DNA from: an uncultured Anaerolineae bacterium
GTDB lineage: Bacteria > Chloroflexota > Anaerolineae > Aggregatilineales > UBA3940
Reading direction: 5' to 3'
Assembly (NCBI GenBank): GCA_964439625.1
Contig: CAYTPI010000002.1
Coordinates: 39,940-103,939, forward strand
DNA: 64,000 bases
The notes beneath the pieces were generated by a model, which made no database searches, was not told the DNA's origin, and worked only from the letters and a program-made list of their open reading frames with translations. Every line of letters begins with the position of its first letter. The stretch's first letter is position 1. Of this stretch, positions 31,674 to 41,980 are shown one piece after another. The position numbers and the translations under genes were made by a program.

Positions 31674-33578
31674 TTAGTCTTCGAGGGTGCTGAGGTCGCC
31701 GACGTCTTGACCGAGCGCCTCTGCCCGCAAAACACGACGCATGATCTTGCCTGAGCGTGTCTTTGGTAGCTTATCAACAAAGTCTACTGTCGCTGGCTTG
31801 GCGATTGACCCCATCTCAGTACCTACATGGTTCCGAACAGCACTTGCCAGTTCATCACTGGGCTTGACACCTTGGTTCAGGATGCAATAGGCTTTTACGA
31901 TGTTGCCCTTCAGTTCATCCGGCACGCCGATGACGGCAGCTTCAGCCACATCTGGGTGACTAACTAATGCTGACTCGATCTCAGCGGTACCAAGCCGATA
32001 GCCACTGACCTTGATCACATCATCAATCCGCCCAATGATCCAGAAGTAACCATCTTCATCTTTTTTGGCTGAGTCACCGGCAGTGTACCAACCCGGAAAA
32101 CGGCTCCAATATTGCTCCACATAGCGATCTGGGTCTTCATAGATGCCGCGCAACATGGCAGGCCAAGGCGTTTTAATGACGAGGAAACCTTCCTCATTCG
32201 GCCCGACTGAGTCACCGTCTTCATCAACCACATCAACAACAACGCCGGGGAATGACATCGTGGCTGAACCGGGCTTCAATGGGGTTTCAGGCATCGGCGA
32301 GATCATAAAGTTGCCCGTTTCGGTCTGCCACCATGTGTCCATGATCGGGCAGCGTTCATAACCAATGATCTTATAGTACCAACGCCATGCCTCCGGGTTG
32401 ATTGGCTCACCGACGCTGCCAAGCAAACGCAAGCTCGAAAGATCATGGCGATCAGGCCAAGCTTCTCCAAAGCGCATTAAGCCTCGAATGGCAGTCGGTG
32501 CGGTATAAAGCACAGATACACCATATTCTTCGACGATCTTCCACCAGCGGTCGGGGAAGGGATAGGTCGGCGCCCCTTCATACATCACGCTGGTTGCGCC
32601 GAGCACCAATGGCGCATAGACAATATAACTGTGCCCCGTGATCCAGCCGGGATCAGCCGCACACCACCATGTATCCGTATCTTTAAGGTCGAACACGTAC
32701 TTCAATGTGGTTGCCGTACCAACCATATAACCACCATGCGTATGCAGAATGGCTTTCGGCTTACCGGTTGTACCCGATGTATAAAGGATAAAAAGCGGGT
32801 CTTCTGCATCCATTACCTCGGTCTCAGCGTATGGGCTGGCAATGGGTAGGCCCATCAGTTCGTCGTACCATAGGTCACGTCCTTGCATCATGTTAATCTC
32901 TTGCCCCGTCCGCTTGACCACAATCACATTTTGCACGGACGGTGAGCGCTCAAGGGCTTGATCCATGATGTCTTTGAGGTTAACCGTTTGGCCTCGCAGC
33001 CATGCACCATCAGCAGTGATCGCAATCTTCGAACGTGAGTCGTCAATACGTTCGCGCAGTGCCTCAACAGAAAAGCCACCGTAAACCACTGAGTGGATGG
33101 CACCCACCTTGGCGCAAGCCAACATCGCAATGATGATTTCGGGGACGCGCCCCATATAGATCGTGACGCGGTCACCTTTGCGAACACCCAACGCCTTGAT
33201 GACGCTGGCAAAGCGCGAGACTTCGCGATGCAACTGTTGGTAAGTAAAAGTGCGGCATTCTCCGGCTTCACCTTCCCAGATCAGGGCGACTTTGTTACGA
33301 CGCCAGGTCGTCAAATGACGGTCTAGCGCGTTGTGGACGATGTTGCACTTCGCATTAGTGAACCATTTGTAGAAAGGCTTTTCTGAGTCATCTAGAACTT
33401 TGTCCCATGGCTCGTACCACTCGAATTCCTCCTCAGCAATCTTGCCCCAAAAACCCTGAAGATCATCTAACGCCTGCTGAGTCAGCGCGTCACGATCTGG
33501 AACGTTTGCCTTTTCAACAACTTCCGCTTCAGGGTAATATACTTCACCCTTAAGGCCGTTTGCTCCATTGCTCGACAT
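31674..33578 (-). CDS. acs: Acetyl-CoA synthetase (acetate-CoA ligase)
   Basis: YTSGTTGKPK, WITGHSY, GSVGEPINPEAW, DTWWQTETG, LPKTRSGKIMRR. Confidence 0.97.
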   Translation of the reverse strand: MSSNGANGLKGEVYYPEAEVVEKANVPDRDALTQQALDDLQGFWGKIAEEEFEWYEPWDKVLDDSEKPFYKWFTNAKCNIVHNALDRHLTTWRRNKVALIWEGEAGECRTFTYQQLHREVSRFASVIKALGVRKGDRVTIYMGRVPEIIIAMLACAKVGAIHSVVYGGFSVEALRERIDDSRSKIAITADGAWLRGQTVNLKDIMDQALERSPSVQNVIVVKRTGQEINMMQGRDLWYDELMGLPIASPYAETEVMDAEDPLFILYTSGTTGKPKAILHTHGGYMVGTATTLKYVFDLKDTDTWWCAADPGWITGHSYIVYAPLVLGATSVMYEGAPTYPFPDRWWKIVEEYGVSVLYTAPTAIRGLMRFGEAWPDRHDLSSLRLLGSVGEPINPEAWRWYYKIIGYERCPIMDTWWQTETGNFMISPMPETPLKPGSATMSFPGVVVDVVDEDGDSVGPNEEGFLVIKTPWPAMLRGIYEDPDRYVEQYWSRFPGWYTAGDSAKKDEDGYFWIIGRIDDVIKVSGYRLGTAEIESALVSHPDVAEAAVIGVPDELKGNIVKAYCILNQGVKPSDELASAVRNHVGTEMGSIAKPATVDFVDKLPKTRSGKIMRRVLRAEALGQDVGDLSTLED

Positions 33579-33807
33579 GAATCTAGTTCTCCTATTCTAG
33601 TAATTGCCTGCCAGAATGAGTGTGGCAGCTCAACGGGAAATATCTTGCAGTCTTCTGTTGACTCACATCATAGCATAGGAAATTGTTAAACAAGTGACTC
33701 TAGTTCATTCAAAACGAGGTAGAAACTTAATAAACGATTTATTGTCATCATCTTTGAAGTCTAGCTAAACTGTAGTTAAGGACTACATTCCACTCTGGAG
33801 CCACAGC

Positions 33808-35352
33808 GTGCCACAGAAACAATTCTGGTTTATCGCACTGATCCCATTGACTGCTGTCGTCATTTTATTGATTAGTAGTTTAGATGCACGACCAGTCGAA
33901 GCAGGGGCTGACGACAACATTACTGAAAACATACAGAAAACAAGCTTTTTGCAAACACTAGAAAACGCCTTGGTTGGCACAGATATTGAGTCTGTCGTAG
34001 GGGCTTCTGGTTCATATGTGATGTTCGCGCCAACAAATTCTGCCTTTGCCGCACTACCAGCTGGGGTTCTCGATAATCTCCTACTGGAACCGGGGCGTGC
34101 GACACTCAACTATTTACTGGCATATCACGTCGTCGAAAGTGAAGCGCTGGCAGCAACCACATCTTTTGGCGAAGTAACCACCGGGATCAATGGCACCTAT
34201 GCCACGCAAAATGGGGTAGCTGTTCAAGTTTCAGCTAATGCAACGTTGGGCCAGCAAAGCCTCTCTGTTAATGGTGTGGAAGTCATTGGCTTCATTCCAT
34301 CATCAAACGGAGCGATCTGGTTGGTTAGCTCTGTGATTGTACCGCCAGGTATTGATCTGCTAGATCCACAGCTTGTCGTCACGCTAGAGCTAACACCCAC
34401 ACCAGCGAGCACGACAGTTGCCGCAGGCACGCAAGAAGCGCCCATCGTCCCCGAAACCACTGTGACAGCTACGCCAACAACTGCCTCAAGGGAACCTACG
34501 GTGACACCAACCCCTGTACCAACCATAGCACCATCAGCAAACGACAGTGACTCGATCGTCGATGTTATTATTGCGATGGATAATCTAAGCACATTAGAAA
34601 GTGCCGTCGCCCAAGCCCTACTCGCAGAACAGCTGAGCTTCACCGGACCCTTTACAGTCCTTGCACCAACCAATGAAGCCTTTGCTGCACTGAGCCTAGA
34701 ACAGCAAGCCATTCTCGCCTCCGACCCGGCTACAATTCTTCAATACCACGTCATCCCTGGTGAATTGACCTCAGCCAATCTTGTCTCCAGCATGACCGTG
34801 CCAACCTTGCTTGGCAGCGCAGTGCAGGTTGAAATAAGTGATGGTTCTGTTGTACTTAATGGTGAAGCAACTATCTTACAAGCAGACCTGCAAGCCAGCA
34901 ATGGCATTGTTCACGTCATTGATCGGGTACTGTTCCCACCATCTTCTCCGATACCGCAGCCAATACCGGATGTATCAGTTTCTGCTGCAGGTACAAATCT
35001 GAATATTGGGCGCGAAACCTTCAATCGCTCGGAGGAGATCATCGTTGGTGTACCTAATTTTGAATTCCCGGCTGGCACCAACGGTTCTTTCCGGATGCAG
35101 ATTTTACAGTACCCGAACGGTCTTGAATTTGCGCCAGTCAACTACAAGGATGCGCAGCACTGGTACTCCAGTGGCGATATCTTCGTCTTTGGCTCATTGA
35201 GTACGGCTCAACTTAATGTACCGTCCGTCTTCGTCATTACGCCTTTTACCTATGAAGTCGTCACGAATGAGAACGGCACCACTGAGTACGTCTACAACAA
35301 AATAGAGCGCGCGCCCGTCTCTACATCGGTTAACTTTAGTTTTGTACCTTAG
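33808..35352 (+). CDS. Secreted fasciclin protein A (2 FAS1 domains, Pro/Thr linker, unrecognised C-terminal domain)
   Basis: Signal peptide; FAS1 motifs FAPTNSAF..L.YHVV and LAPTNEAF..LQYHVI..SNGIVHVIDRVL; GTG start with GGAG RBS. Confidence 0.92.
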   Translation: MPQKQFWFIALIPLTAVVILLISSLDARPVEAGADDNITENIQKTSFLQTLENALVGTDIESVVGASGSYVMFAPTNSAFAALPAGVLDNLLLEPGRATLNYLLAYHVVESEALAATTSFGEVTTGINGTYATQNGVAVQVSANATLGQQSLSVNGVEVIGFIPSSNGAIWLVSSVIVPPGIDLLDPQLVVTLELTPTPASTTVAAGTQEAPIVPETTVTATPTTASREPTVTPTPVPTIAPSANDSDSIVDVIIAMDNLSTLESAVAQALLAEQLSFTGPFTVLAPTNEAFAALSLEQQAILASDPATILQYHVIPGELTSANLVSSMTVPTLLGSAVQVEISDGSVVLNGEATILQADLQASNGIVHVIDRVLFPPSSPIPQPIPDVSVSAAGTNLNIGRETFNRSEEIIVGVPNFEFPAGTNGSFRMQILQYPNGLEFAPVNYKDAQHWYSSGDIFVFGSLSTAQLNVPSVFVITPFTYEVVTNENGTTEYVYNKIERAPVSTSVNFSFVP

Positions 35353-36094
35353 CAGCCTCGCCCCGGCTGGCATCACCTGCCTCAGCTTGGTACAAGCCGA
35401 CTAAACGGGCGATCATTACTGAAGTATATAGCACCCCAATAATCGTCTCCGATGTTGCCAGTGATTGTGCAAATGAACTCACTGGCAATATGTCTCCATA
35501 ACCTAACGTCGTTAGCGTTGTATAGCTGAAGTAATACAGACGCTGCCAAGGTACGTCCGCTGTTGGGTCGCCACTCAAGACGAAAGCAGGCTCACCAGTC
35601 GTTGCTACTGTGATGATTTGCAGCAATGAGAAAAGGACTGTGTAAAGGTTGCCCAGCAGCAAGTAGAGAGCCAAAGCCGCAAACAATACATCCCGCGTCA
35701 CCCGCTCTGAAAGCACCACAAACTCACCCAGAATGAACGTAATCGTACCGATGAATACGGCGAATAGTATGAATGTTATAATTGAAAGGAAAGCTGGCTG
35801 TGATGGCGACAACACCCACACCATGCCCACTATCAACAGCAGACTTGTAACCGCAATCGTGAATATCAAACGGGAGCGATCAGTGCTGGCGACATAGACA
35901 CCAATTGCCATTAAAAATACATAGATAAGAAAATATAGTAGCCCGGTGGCCGTGCTAGTTTCTGAAATGGGGGCGGTAAAGTGGAGGAGGCAGAATATGA
36001 TCAACATGTACTTGGTACGTCCACGCAGCTTGTTAGCAACATGTCGAAGATGCGTCCGTTTAGAGGGAGTCAGAAGAACTTGGGTTGTGGTCAT
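35336..36094 (-). CDS. Potassium channel family protein (Ion_trans_2)
   Basis: Pore signature YFSYTTLTTLGYGDILP; extra N-terminal TMs. Confidence 0.9.
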   Translation of the reverse strand: MTTTQVLLTPSKRTHLRHVANKLRGRTKYMLIIFCLLHFTAPISETSTATGLLYFLIYVFLMAIGVYVASTDRSRLIFTIAVTSLLLIVGMVWVLSPSQPAFLSIITFILFAVFIGTITFILGEFVVLSERVTRDVLFAALALYLLLGNLYTVLFSLLQIITVATTGEPAFVLSGDPTADVPWQRLYYFSYTTLTTLGYGDILPVSSFAQSLATSETIIGVLYTSVMIARLVGLYQAEAGDASRGEAAKVQN

Positions 36095-36208
36095 GATGTG
36101 CAGCCCTTTGTGTCAAAATATTAGGTTAATTATAACCTGATTGAGTCTCCAATGTCGCAGGGAACCAAAGGCCAGGTTGACGCCTTAGGGCTTTTACATT
36201 GGGTTATC

Positions 36209-36589
36209 TTATGAACGAAGGGCTTCAGCAATCGCAACTTCTAGGTCATCAATACCGACGGGCTTCACCAAATAACGATCAGCCCCGACTTCTTCGGCTT
36301 TCTCACGCGAATGTTCTGCACCCTCTGCCGAGACAATGATGATGGGAATCGATTGCATCTCTTTACGACTACGAAGTACCCGCAGCAAGTCAAATCCATC
36401 GGCATCTGGTAGGTTAAGGTCAAGAAGGACGATGTTTGGCGGATGCGTTTCAGCCTTTTCCAACGCTGACTGTGATGTGTGGCTAATTTGATGTTGATAC
36501 CCTAGCAGCGACACCATACTTCCCAAAGTTTCTGCCATGTTGGAGTCATCTTCAACAATTAATACATTGGGCTTTGCTCCGGCTCTCAT
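36209..36589 (-). CDS. Single-domain response regulator (receiver)
   Basis: VLIVEDD, LLDLNLPDADG, IVSA, YLVKP; ATG 36589 with AGGAG RBS. Confidence 0.92.
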   Translation of the reverse strand: MRAGAKPNVLIVEDDSNMAETLGSMVSLLGYQHQISHTSQSALEKAETHPPNIVLLDLNLPDADGFDLLRVLRSRKEMQSIPIIIVSAEGAEHSREKAEEVGADRYLVKPVGIDDLEVAIAEALRS

Positions 36590-36657
36590 CTCCCATCTCC
36601 TTCTCGACGTTAGGTCATACTCCACAGCATAGCTTACTGACAATGAATCACAAGCTA

Positions 36658-36686
36658 TTGATACTATTTCCCTAGCTCGTTACACT
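36658..36686 (+). promoter_or_regulatory. Sigma70-type promoter of fasciclin B
   Basis: TTGATA, 17-nt spacer, TACACT. Confidence 0.55.
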
Positions 36687-36768
36687 GAACCAGACTTGCT
36701 GCTGTAAAGTAGTGTTTGCGGAGTCTAATGACTGACTCTAGGGATATATTCAAGGGAGACCTACACAT

Positions 36769-38571
36769 ATGAGAAAACGGATTCTAGCATTGACGATGGC
36801 CCTTATGGCTACTCTCAGCGTCGTTGGCGTTGCTGGTGCGCAGACATTTCAGTCTGGCACAATCACAGATGTCGTTATAGCTAGTGATAATTTCGAGACG
36901 TTAGAAGTAGCTGTCGTCGAAGCTGGGCTTGCTGGCACCTTAGCTGGTGAAGGCCCAATTTTAGTATTTGCCCCCACAGATGACGCCTTCGCTGCTTTAC
37001 CAGATGGTGCGCTTGAAGCCCTGCTATCAGAACCTGGGTTGACAACCCTAACAGACGTCTTGACGTACCACGTCGTTACAGGCCCAACGCTTGAGCAGTT
37101 CCTTGAAGCTTCTGAGGAAACCTCATATACGCTGACAGCACTAAATGGTGGCTCCCTCCAGTTAGAAGAGACCGGGCCAACCACTGCAACAGTTAACGGT
37201 ATTGAATTTACCTCTGAAGACCTCGTGGTGACAGACAATGGCTTGATTATTGTTATTGATCAGGTACTGTTGCCACCAGACTTTGCTGTCCCAACTCCGG
37301 TGGTCACAGAGGTTCTACCAGCCAGTGTCGTTGACGTAGTTGTTGCTAGTGAAGATCATACCACGTTAGGAGATGCTGTTATTGCGGCTGATTTAGCCGC
37401 CGCACTCAGTGACCCAGCTAGCAACTTCGCCGTCTTCGCACCAACAGACGATGCTTTCGCAGCCTTGCCGGAAGGTGCTCTAGACACTCTGCTTGCAGAA
37501 CCGAGCCTAGCAACACTCACCGGCGTTCTGACTTACCATATCGTGTCTGAGCAGACACCGACCGAAGATGGCACCTATACGCTTGAAACACTCAACGGTG
37601 CCACTGTTGAGATCGAATATATGGGTGGTACAGTCGTATCCGTCAACGGCAATGCTGTTGCAGCAGAAGTCATCGCGAGTAACGGCGCTGTCTTTGTGAT
37701 TGACGCTGTCTTGCTGCCGCCAGACTTTACGGTTCCAGTAGAACCAACTCCGGTGCCAGAGGGGAACACAATCACTGATATTGTGGTCGCCAATGATGAC
37801 TTTACAAGGCTGGAAACAGCAGTTGTCGCCGCGGGTCTCGCTGAGACACTGGCAAGCCCTGGCCCATTTACTGTGTTTGCCCCAACGGATGCAGCCTTTG
37901 CCTCCCTCGACCCAGCAGTGCTAGAAACAGCGCTTGCAGATCCAGCAGGCTTGCTGACATCTGTCTTGCTCTATCATGTCGTTGCTGGTGAGGTACCTGC
38001 TGCTGATGTTGTCACATTGAGTAATGCAACAACCGTGCAGGGTTCTGATGTGACGATTGAGGTCATCAATGGCGAGGTCATCTTGAATGGCTCTGTACGC
38101 GTTATCCGAACGGATATTCAAGCCGCGAACGGCATCATCCATGTTATTGATGCTGTCCTGCTGCCACCGACAGCCAGCGCGAACCCGGCTGGCTACCCAC
38201 AGGACCCAGCCTTGATTATTCCTTCAACTGTGGAATCCTTCATCATTGGCGAAGAAATTGTTGTCCCAATCCCTGAATATACATTCCCGGAGGGAGCCAA
38301 TGGTTCATTCCAAGTGCAGTTTGTTCAATACCCAAATGGTGTGGACAGTGCGCCCGTTCTGTATAAGTCTGCGCAGCACTGGGCGTCATCGGGATCAACG
38401 TTCGTCTTTGGTGTAGATAGTGCTGCTATTGTTGACGTGCCATCATACATCATCGTGACACCGTTTACCTACGAACAATCAATCAATGCCGCAACAGGTG
38501 CTACTGAGTTTTCTTACACGCCTGTGCCGGATGCCCTAAATTACTATACTGAGGCGTTTACGATCCAATAA
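36769..38571 (+). CDS. Secreted fasciclin protein B (3 FAS1 domains, same C-terminal domain as A)
   Basis: Sec signal (AGA-Q); three FAPTDxAF..LxYHxV..NG.I/V.VIDxVLLPP repeats. Confidence 0.94.
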   Translation: MRKRILALTMALMATLSVVGVAGAQTFQSGTITDVVIASDNFETLEVAVVEAGLAGTLAGEGPILVFAPTDDAFAALPDGALEALLSEPGLTTLTDVLTYHVVTGPTLEQFLEASEETSYTLTALNGGSLQLEETGPTTATVNGIEFTSEDLVVTDNGLIIVIDQVLLPPDFAVPTPVVTEVLPASVVDVVVASEDHTTLGDAVIAADLAAALSDPASNFAVFAPTDDAFAALPEGALDTLLAEPSLATLTGVLTYHIVSEQTPTEDGTYTLETLNGATVEIEYMGGTVVSVNGNAVAAEVIASNGAVFVIDAVLLPPDFTVPVEPTPVPEGNTITDIVVANDDFTRLETAVVAAGLAETLASPGPFTVFAPTDAAFASLDPAVLETALADPAGLLTSVLLYHVVAGEVPAADVVTLSNATTVQGSDVTIEVINGEVILNGSVRVIRTDIQAANGIIHVIDAVLLPPTASANPAGYPQDPALIIPSTVESFIIGEEIVVPIPEYTFPEGANGSFQVQFVQYPNGVDSAPVLYKSAQHWASSGSTFVFGVDSAAIVDVPSYIIVTPFTYEQSINAATGATEFSYTPVPDALNYYTEAFTIQ

Positions 38572-38590
38572 CATATCTGCGTTTGAGTCG

Positions 38591-38621
38591 AATGGGAGGT
38601 CACTACGGTCTCCCATTTTTT
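38591..38621 (+). terminator. Intrinsic terminator after fasciclin B
   Basis: AATGGGAG...CTCCCATT followed by TTTT. Confidence 0.75.
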
Positions 38622-38639
38622 GATCCGTAACAGATGCTG

Positions 38640-39308
38640 CTATTGACGTTCCCAGAGATTAGTACACGTCACTTGCTGCTTATCATTGATGTCAATCGTA
38701 GTGGTCTGCTGGAAGCCGCCGTCGAAGAAGACCAATTCCATTGAAATCGTGCGGTCTTCATTTGTCGTTGCCCCCTGCCATGTATTCAGGCCCAGTCGGT
38801 CGATGTTGAACGTCACACTGCTGCCCGTTGCTAGCATCAGGCTCCATGTTCCCTCATTAGCGGAGGTAAACGTCACCTCAGATGCCGCCTGATCCTCACT
38901 GCAACTACAGGCTCCATCAATGGTAATGCGGCACACAACGCCAGTGTAACTAGCAATTCCTGCCTCCTCAGCACTTCTTTCGATGGCAGAGAGTTCTTGT
39001 TGCTCACCGCTCATGTCAGGTGAATAAGCTTTATCTGGGTTGGCTACCTCTTCAGGCGCAGTATCAATATCGATGCGGACTGTCGGCTCACTATCTGGAA
39101 TATTATTACCTGACGCTGGCCCACTATTTTCCCCATCTACTGATTGTGATAATCCCTCCTGAATGGCATCAAATGCACTAAATTCAGCTTCTGTCGGGGC
39201 AGGAACTTCTTCCACTGCGTCTTTTGAGGTTGGTACTCCGCAGCCAGCCATTAGAATGGTCAAGATAATGCTGATCAGCAGATAAAGTCGTCTGTCAGTT
39301 TGGCTCAT
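38640..39308 (-). CDS. Hypothetical lipoprotein with a Cys-containing, beta-rich C-terminal domain
   Basis: Lipobox LMAGC, acidic linker, C-terminal domain with 4 Cys. Confidence 0.8.
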   Translation of the reverse strand: MSQTDRRLYLLISIILTILMAGCGVPTSKDAVEEVPAPTEAEFSAFDAIQEGLSQSVDGENSGPASGNNIPDSEPTVRIDIDTAPEEVANPDKAYSPDMSGEQQELSAIERSAEEAGIASYTGVVCRITIDGACSCSEDQAASEVTFTSANEGTWSLMLATGSSVTFNIDRLGLNTWQGATTNEDRTISMELVFFDGGFQQTTTIDINDKQQVTCTNLWERQ

Positions 39309-39487
39309 TTATGCTTGCCCTCTGGAATAATCAAACAGCGCGGATTATAGACACCTGCGATAGAGATGTACAGTTCAGAAGTGGGCAAGTCGTGCTTAAT
39401 AGATCTGTGCGTGGTATGATCCCGCGGAAATCACGGGTTGCTGTAGAACATTGGGGGCGGCAGTCCACGCAGGAGCAAAGTTCATTT

Positions 39488-40948
39488 ATGATACTTCAGC
39501 TTATCTACGCATTGAGCGCAATAAGTCTAGGTCTCATTAGCTTAAACGGCTTAGTGCTGGTCATTATTTATGCGTTAAAGCACCGCCGCATCAATCCAAA
39601 TACACCCATACAACACGCTCCATGGCCCACGGTACTGGTTCAACTGCCTGTATACAACGAACAGCACGTCGTCCAGCGCCTAATCCGTGCTGCCTGCCAG
39701 TTGGATTACCCTCGTGAGCTGCTGGAGATTCAACTGTTGGACGACTCAAATGATGAGACAACAGAGACAGCCGCTGAGGTCATCGCTTATTATCAGAAGC
39801 GAGGTATTAATGTGACTTTAGTCCGGCGGACACAGCGCATTGGCTATAAGGCTGGGGCACTAGCATACGGCCTTGAGCAATCTGAAGCCGAGTTAGTTGT
39901 TGTCTTCGACAGTGACTTTGTGCCACCAAAGCAGTATCTTCGGCAAGTTGTCCCTTATTTTCAAGATCAGAAAGTTGGCCTTGTACAGGTGCGTTGGGGG
40001 CACTTGAATGACACCTACAGCCACCTAACTCGTGCCGAAGCCCTTGCACTCGACAATCACTTTATTGTTGAGCAAACAGCACGTAATCAAGGTGGACTGT
40101 TGATGAACTTCTCTGGCACGGCTGGCATCTGGCGCACTGCCTGCATCAGAGACAGTGGTGGTTGGCACACGGATACACTCTCGGAGGATATTGATTTGAG
40201 CTACCGGGCTCAGATGCGTGGCTGGAAATTTCTCTATCTACCACACGTCAATGCCCCTGGAGAAGTTCCTCCGTTGATGATGGGCTTTAAACGGCAGCAG
40301 TCACGTTGGGCAACTGGGACGGTGCAGTGTCTGCGTAAGCTAAGTGGTCAAGTGTGGCGATCTGAGCTATCACTGTGGCAAAAAATTCAGGCAACACTGC
40401 ATCTGGGTGGTTATTTCATTCACCCATTGATGATGATTGTCCTATTGCTCTCGCTTCCCCTGATGCTTACTAGTGGTCTTTCAGGCTTGCCCTTAGCAGG
40501 GTTAGCCATTGCCATGGTGGGGCCACCAGTACAAGCGATTTTAGCACAACGGCGCTTATACGCTGATTGGAAATCTCGACTATTGTATTTCCCCGTCTTC
40601 TTGCTGATGGGAGTCGGCGTTGCGGTTAATAATACCATTGCGGTTGCTAAAGGTTTTCAGGACAAACCTCGCAAGTTTCTGCGAACCCCAAAGTTCAATA
40701 CCGAAAGTGGCTGGAGCAGCAGTCAATACGCTTTAACAACTGATACAACGGTTTGGTTAGAGGCGCTGTTCACTATCTATGCTTTAGTCAGCGCGGGCTT
40801 TTCGGTTTTTCTCGCCCCTTCATTGACGCCTTTCATGTTACTCTATGCGGGCGGTTTTGCTTACGCTGCTATTACAAGCTTGCAACAGTCGCATGTTATT
40901 CGGCAAGCTCGCATCAAAGCAGAACAGCAGATGCTTTCTTCTCAATAA
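39488..40948 (+). CDS. Processive GT2 glycosyltransferase (cellulose-synthase-like, CslA/CslC-type)
   Basis: VQLPVYNE, LDDS, GYKAGAL, FDSDF, LSEDIDL, QQSRW (D,D,D,QxxRW) plus TM segments; ATG 39488. Confidence 0.92.
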   Translation: MILQLIYALSAISLGLISLNGLVLVIIYALKHRRINPNTPIQHAPWPTVLVQLPVYNEQHVVQRLIRAACQLDYPRELLEIQLLDDSNDETTETAAEVIAYYQKRGINVTLVRRTQRIGYKAGALAYGLEQSEAELVVVFDSDFVPPKQYLRQVVPYFQDQKVGLVQVRWGHLNDTYSHLTRAEALALDNHFIVEQTARNQGGLLMNFSGTAGIWRTACIRDSGGWHTDTLSEDIDLSYRAQMRGWKFLYLPHVNAPGEVPPLMMGFKRQQSRWATGTVQCLRKLSGQVWRSELSLWQKIQATLHLGGYFIHPLMMIVLLLSLPLMLTSGLSGLPLAGLAIAMVGPPVQAILAQRRLYADWKSRLLYFPVFLLMGVGVAVNNTIAVAKGFQDKPRKFLRTPKFNTESGWSSSQYALTTDTTVWLEALFTIYALVSAGFSVFLAPSLTPFMLLYAGGFAYAAITSLQQSHVIRQARIKAEQQMLSSQ

Positions 40949-41065
40949 TACCTAGAGAACATCAGGGTTTATGATTGCGTTTCAGGGCGCATCGGCTTAG
41001 ACTCTGCTTGGTACTAGATATTCCATCAATAAGAAACCTATTCCGATATCGAGGTGACAACGTCA

Positions 41066-41980
41066 ATGGCAATCGAGTCAGTTCAACAGGGTCGTCTCAC
41101 CTGGACCAACATCACAAACCCCAAGCCGGAAGATATCGAAGCGCTTCGGCAAACCTACAAGAACTTCCACCCGCTTGATTTGGAAGACACCCTAAGCCGC
41201 ATTGAGCGCCCCAAAATCGACGAGTATGATGACTACCTGTTCATCGTGATGCAGTTTCCCAAGTGGGATCATACCCGGCGGATTTCTACACCGGCGGAGG
41301 TTGACTTTTTTGTCGGAGCGGGTTATTTGGTCACTATACATGATGAGAAACTGCCGCCGCTCATCAATATTTTCGAACAGTGCAAAGCCAGCGCAGAGGC
41401 CCGCAGCAAATATATGACAGGTTCTGGCATGCTGCTGCATGCTGTGATTGACGAACTAGTTGACTACATTTTTCCGATTCTTTACAAAGTGGATGCTAAC
41501 ATTCGTGGCATTGAGGAAAACCTATTCGCTGAAGATGCCCGGCAAACTATTGAAGACCTATCGATTATTCGCCGTGATGTAATTGCGCTAAAGCGAATCG
41601 TAAAGCCGCAGCTTGCCATCTTATACCGCTTGGAGCAGATCGACCGCCCCTTCTTTCGTGAAGACCTTGATGTCTACTTCGGTGATATCCTCGACCATAT
41701 GCAGAAAGCGCGTGACATTGTTGACGATCACGCTGAAGTAATTATTGGTTTAACTGATACCACCGACGCTTTGGCATCTCATAATATCAACGAGGTCATG
41801 CGGATTTTGACCGTTATCTCTGTGATTATGCTTCCGCTGACGCTGATCTCTGGTATTCTTGGTATGAATATTCCAATCCCTTATCAAACTCGGCCCGTGT
41901 CATTTTGGAGCATCATGAGCATCATGTTGATGGTCGCAATTGGGATGCTAGCCTACTTTAAACACCGACGTTGGCTATGA
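41066..41980 (+). CDS. corA: CorA family Mg2+/Co2+ transporter
   Basis: FHPLDLED, RPKIDEY, NEVMRILT, GILGMN; two C-terminal TM. Confidence 0.95.
   Translation: MAIESVQQGRLTWTNITNPKPEDIEALRQTYKNFHPLDLEDTLSRIERPKIDEYDDYLFIVMQFPKWDHTRRISTPAEVDFFVGAGYLVTIHDEKLPPLINIFEQCKASAEARSKYMTGSGMLLHAVIDELVDYIFPILYKVDANIRGIEENLFAEDARQTIEDLSIIRRDVIALKRIVKPQLAILYRLEQIDRPFFREDLDVYFGDILDHMQKARDIVDDHAEVIIGLTDTTDALASHNINEVMRILTVISVIMLPLTLISGILGMNIPIPYQTRPVSFWSIMSIMLMVAIGMLAYFKHRRWL

Noticed and set aside
36123-36138. Palindrome AGGTTA-ATTA-TAACCT upstream of the K+ channel gene
   Set aside because: Only 6 bp per arm, AT-rich and coincident with the -10 element; too weak on its own.
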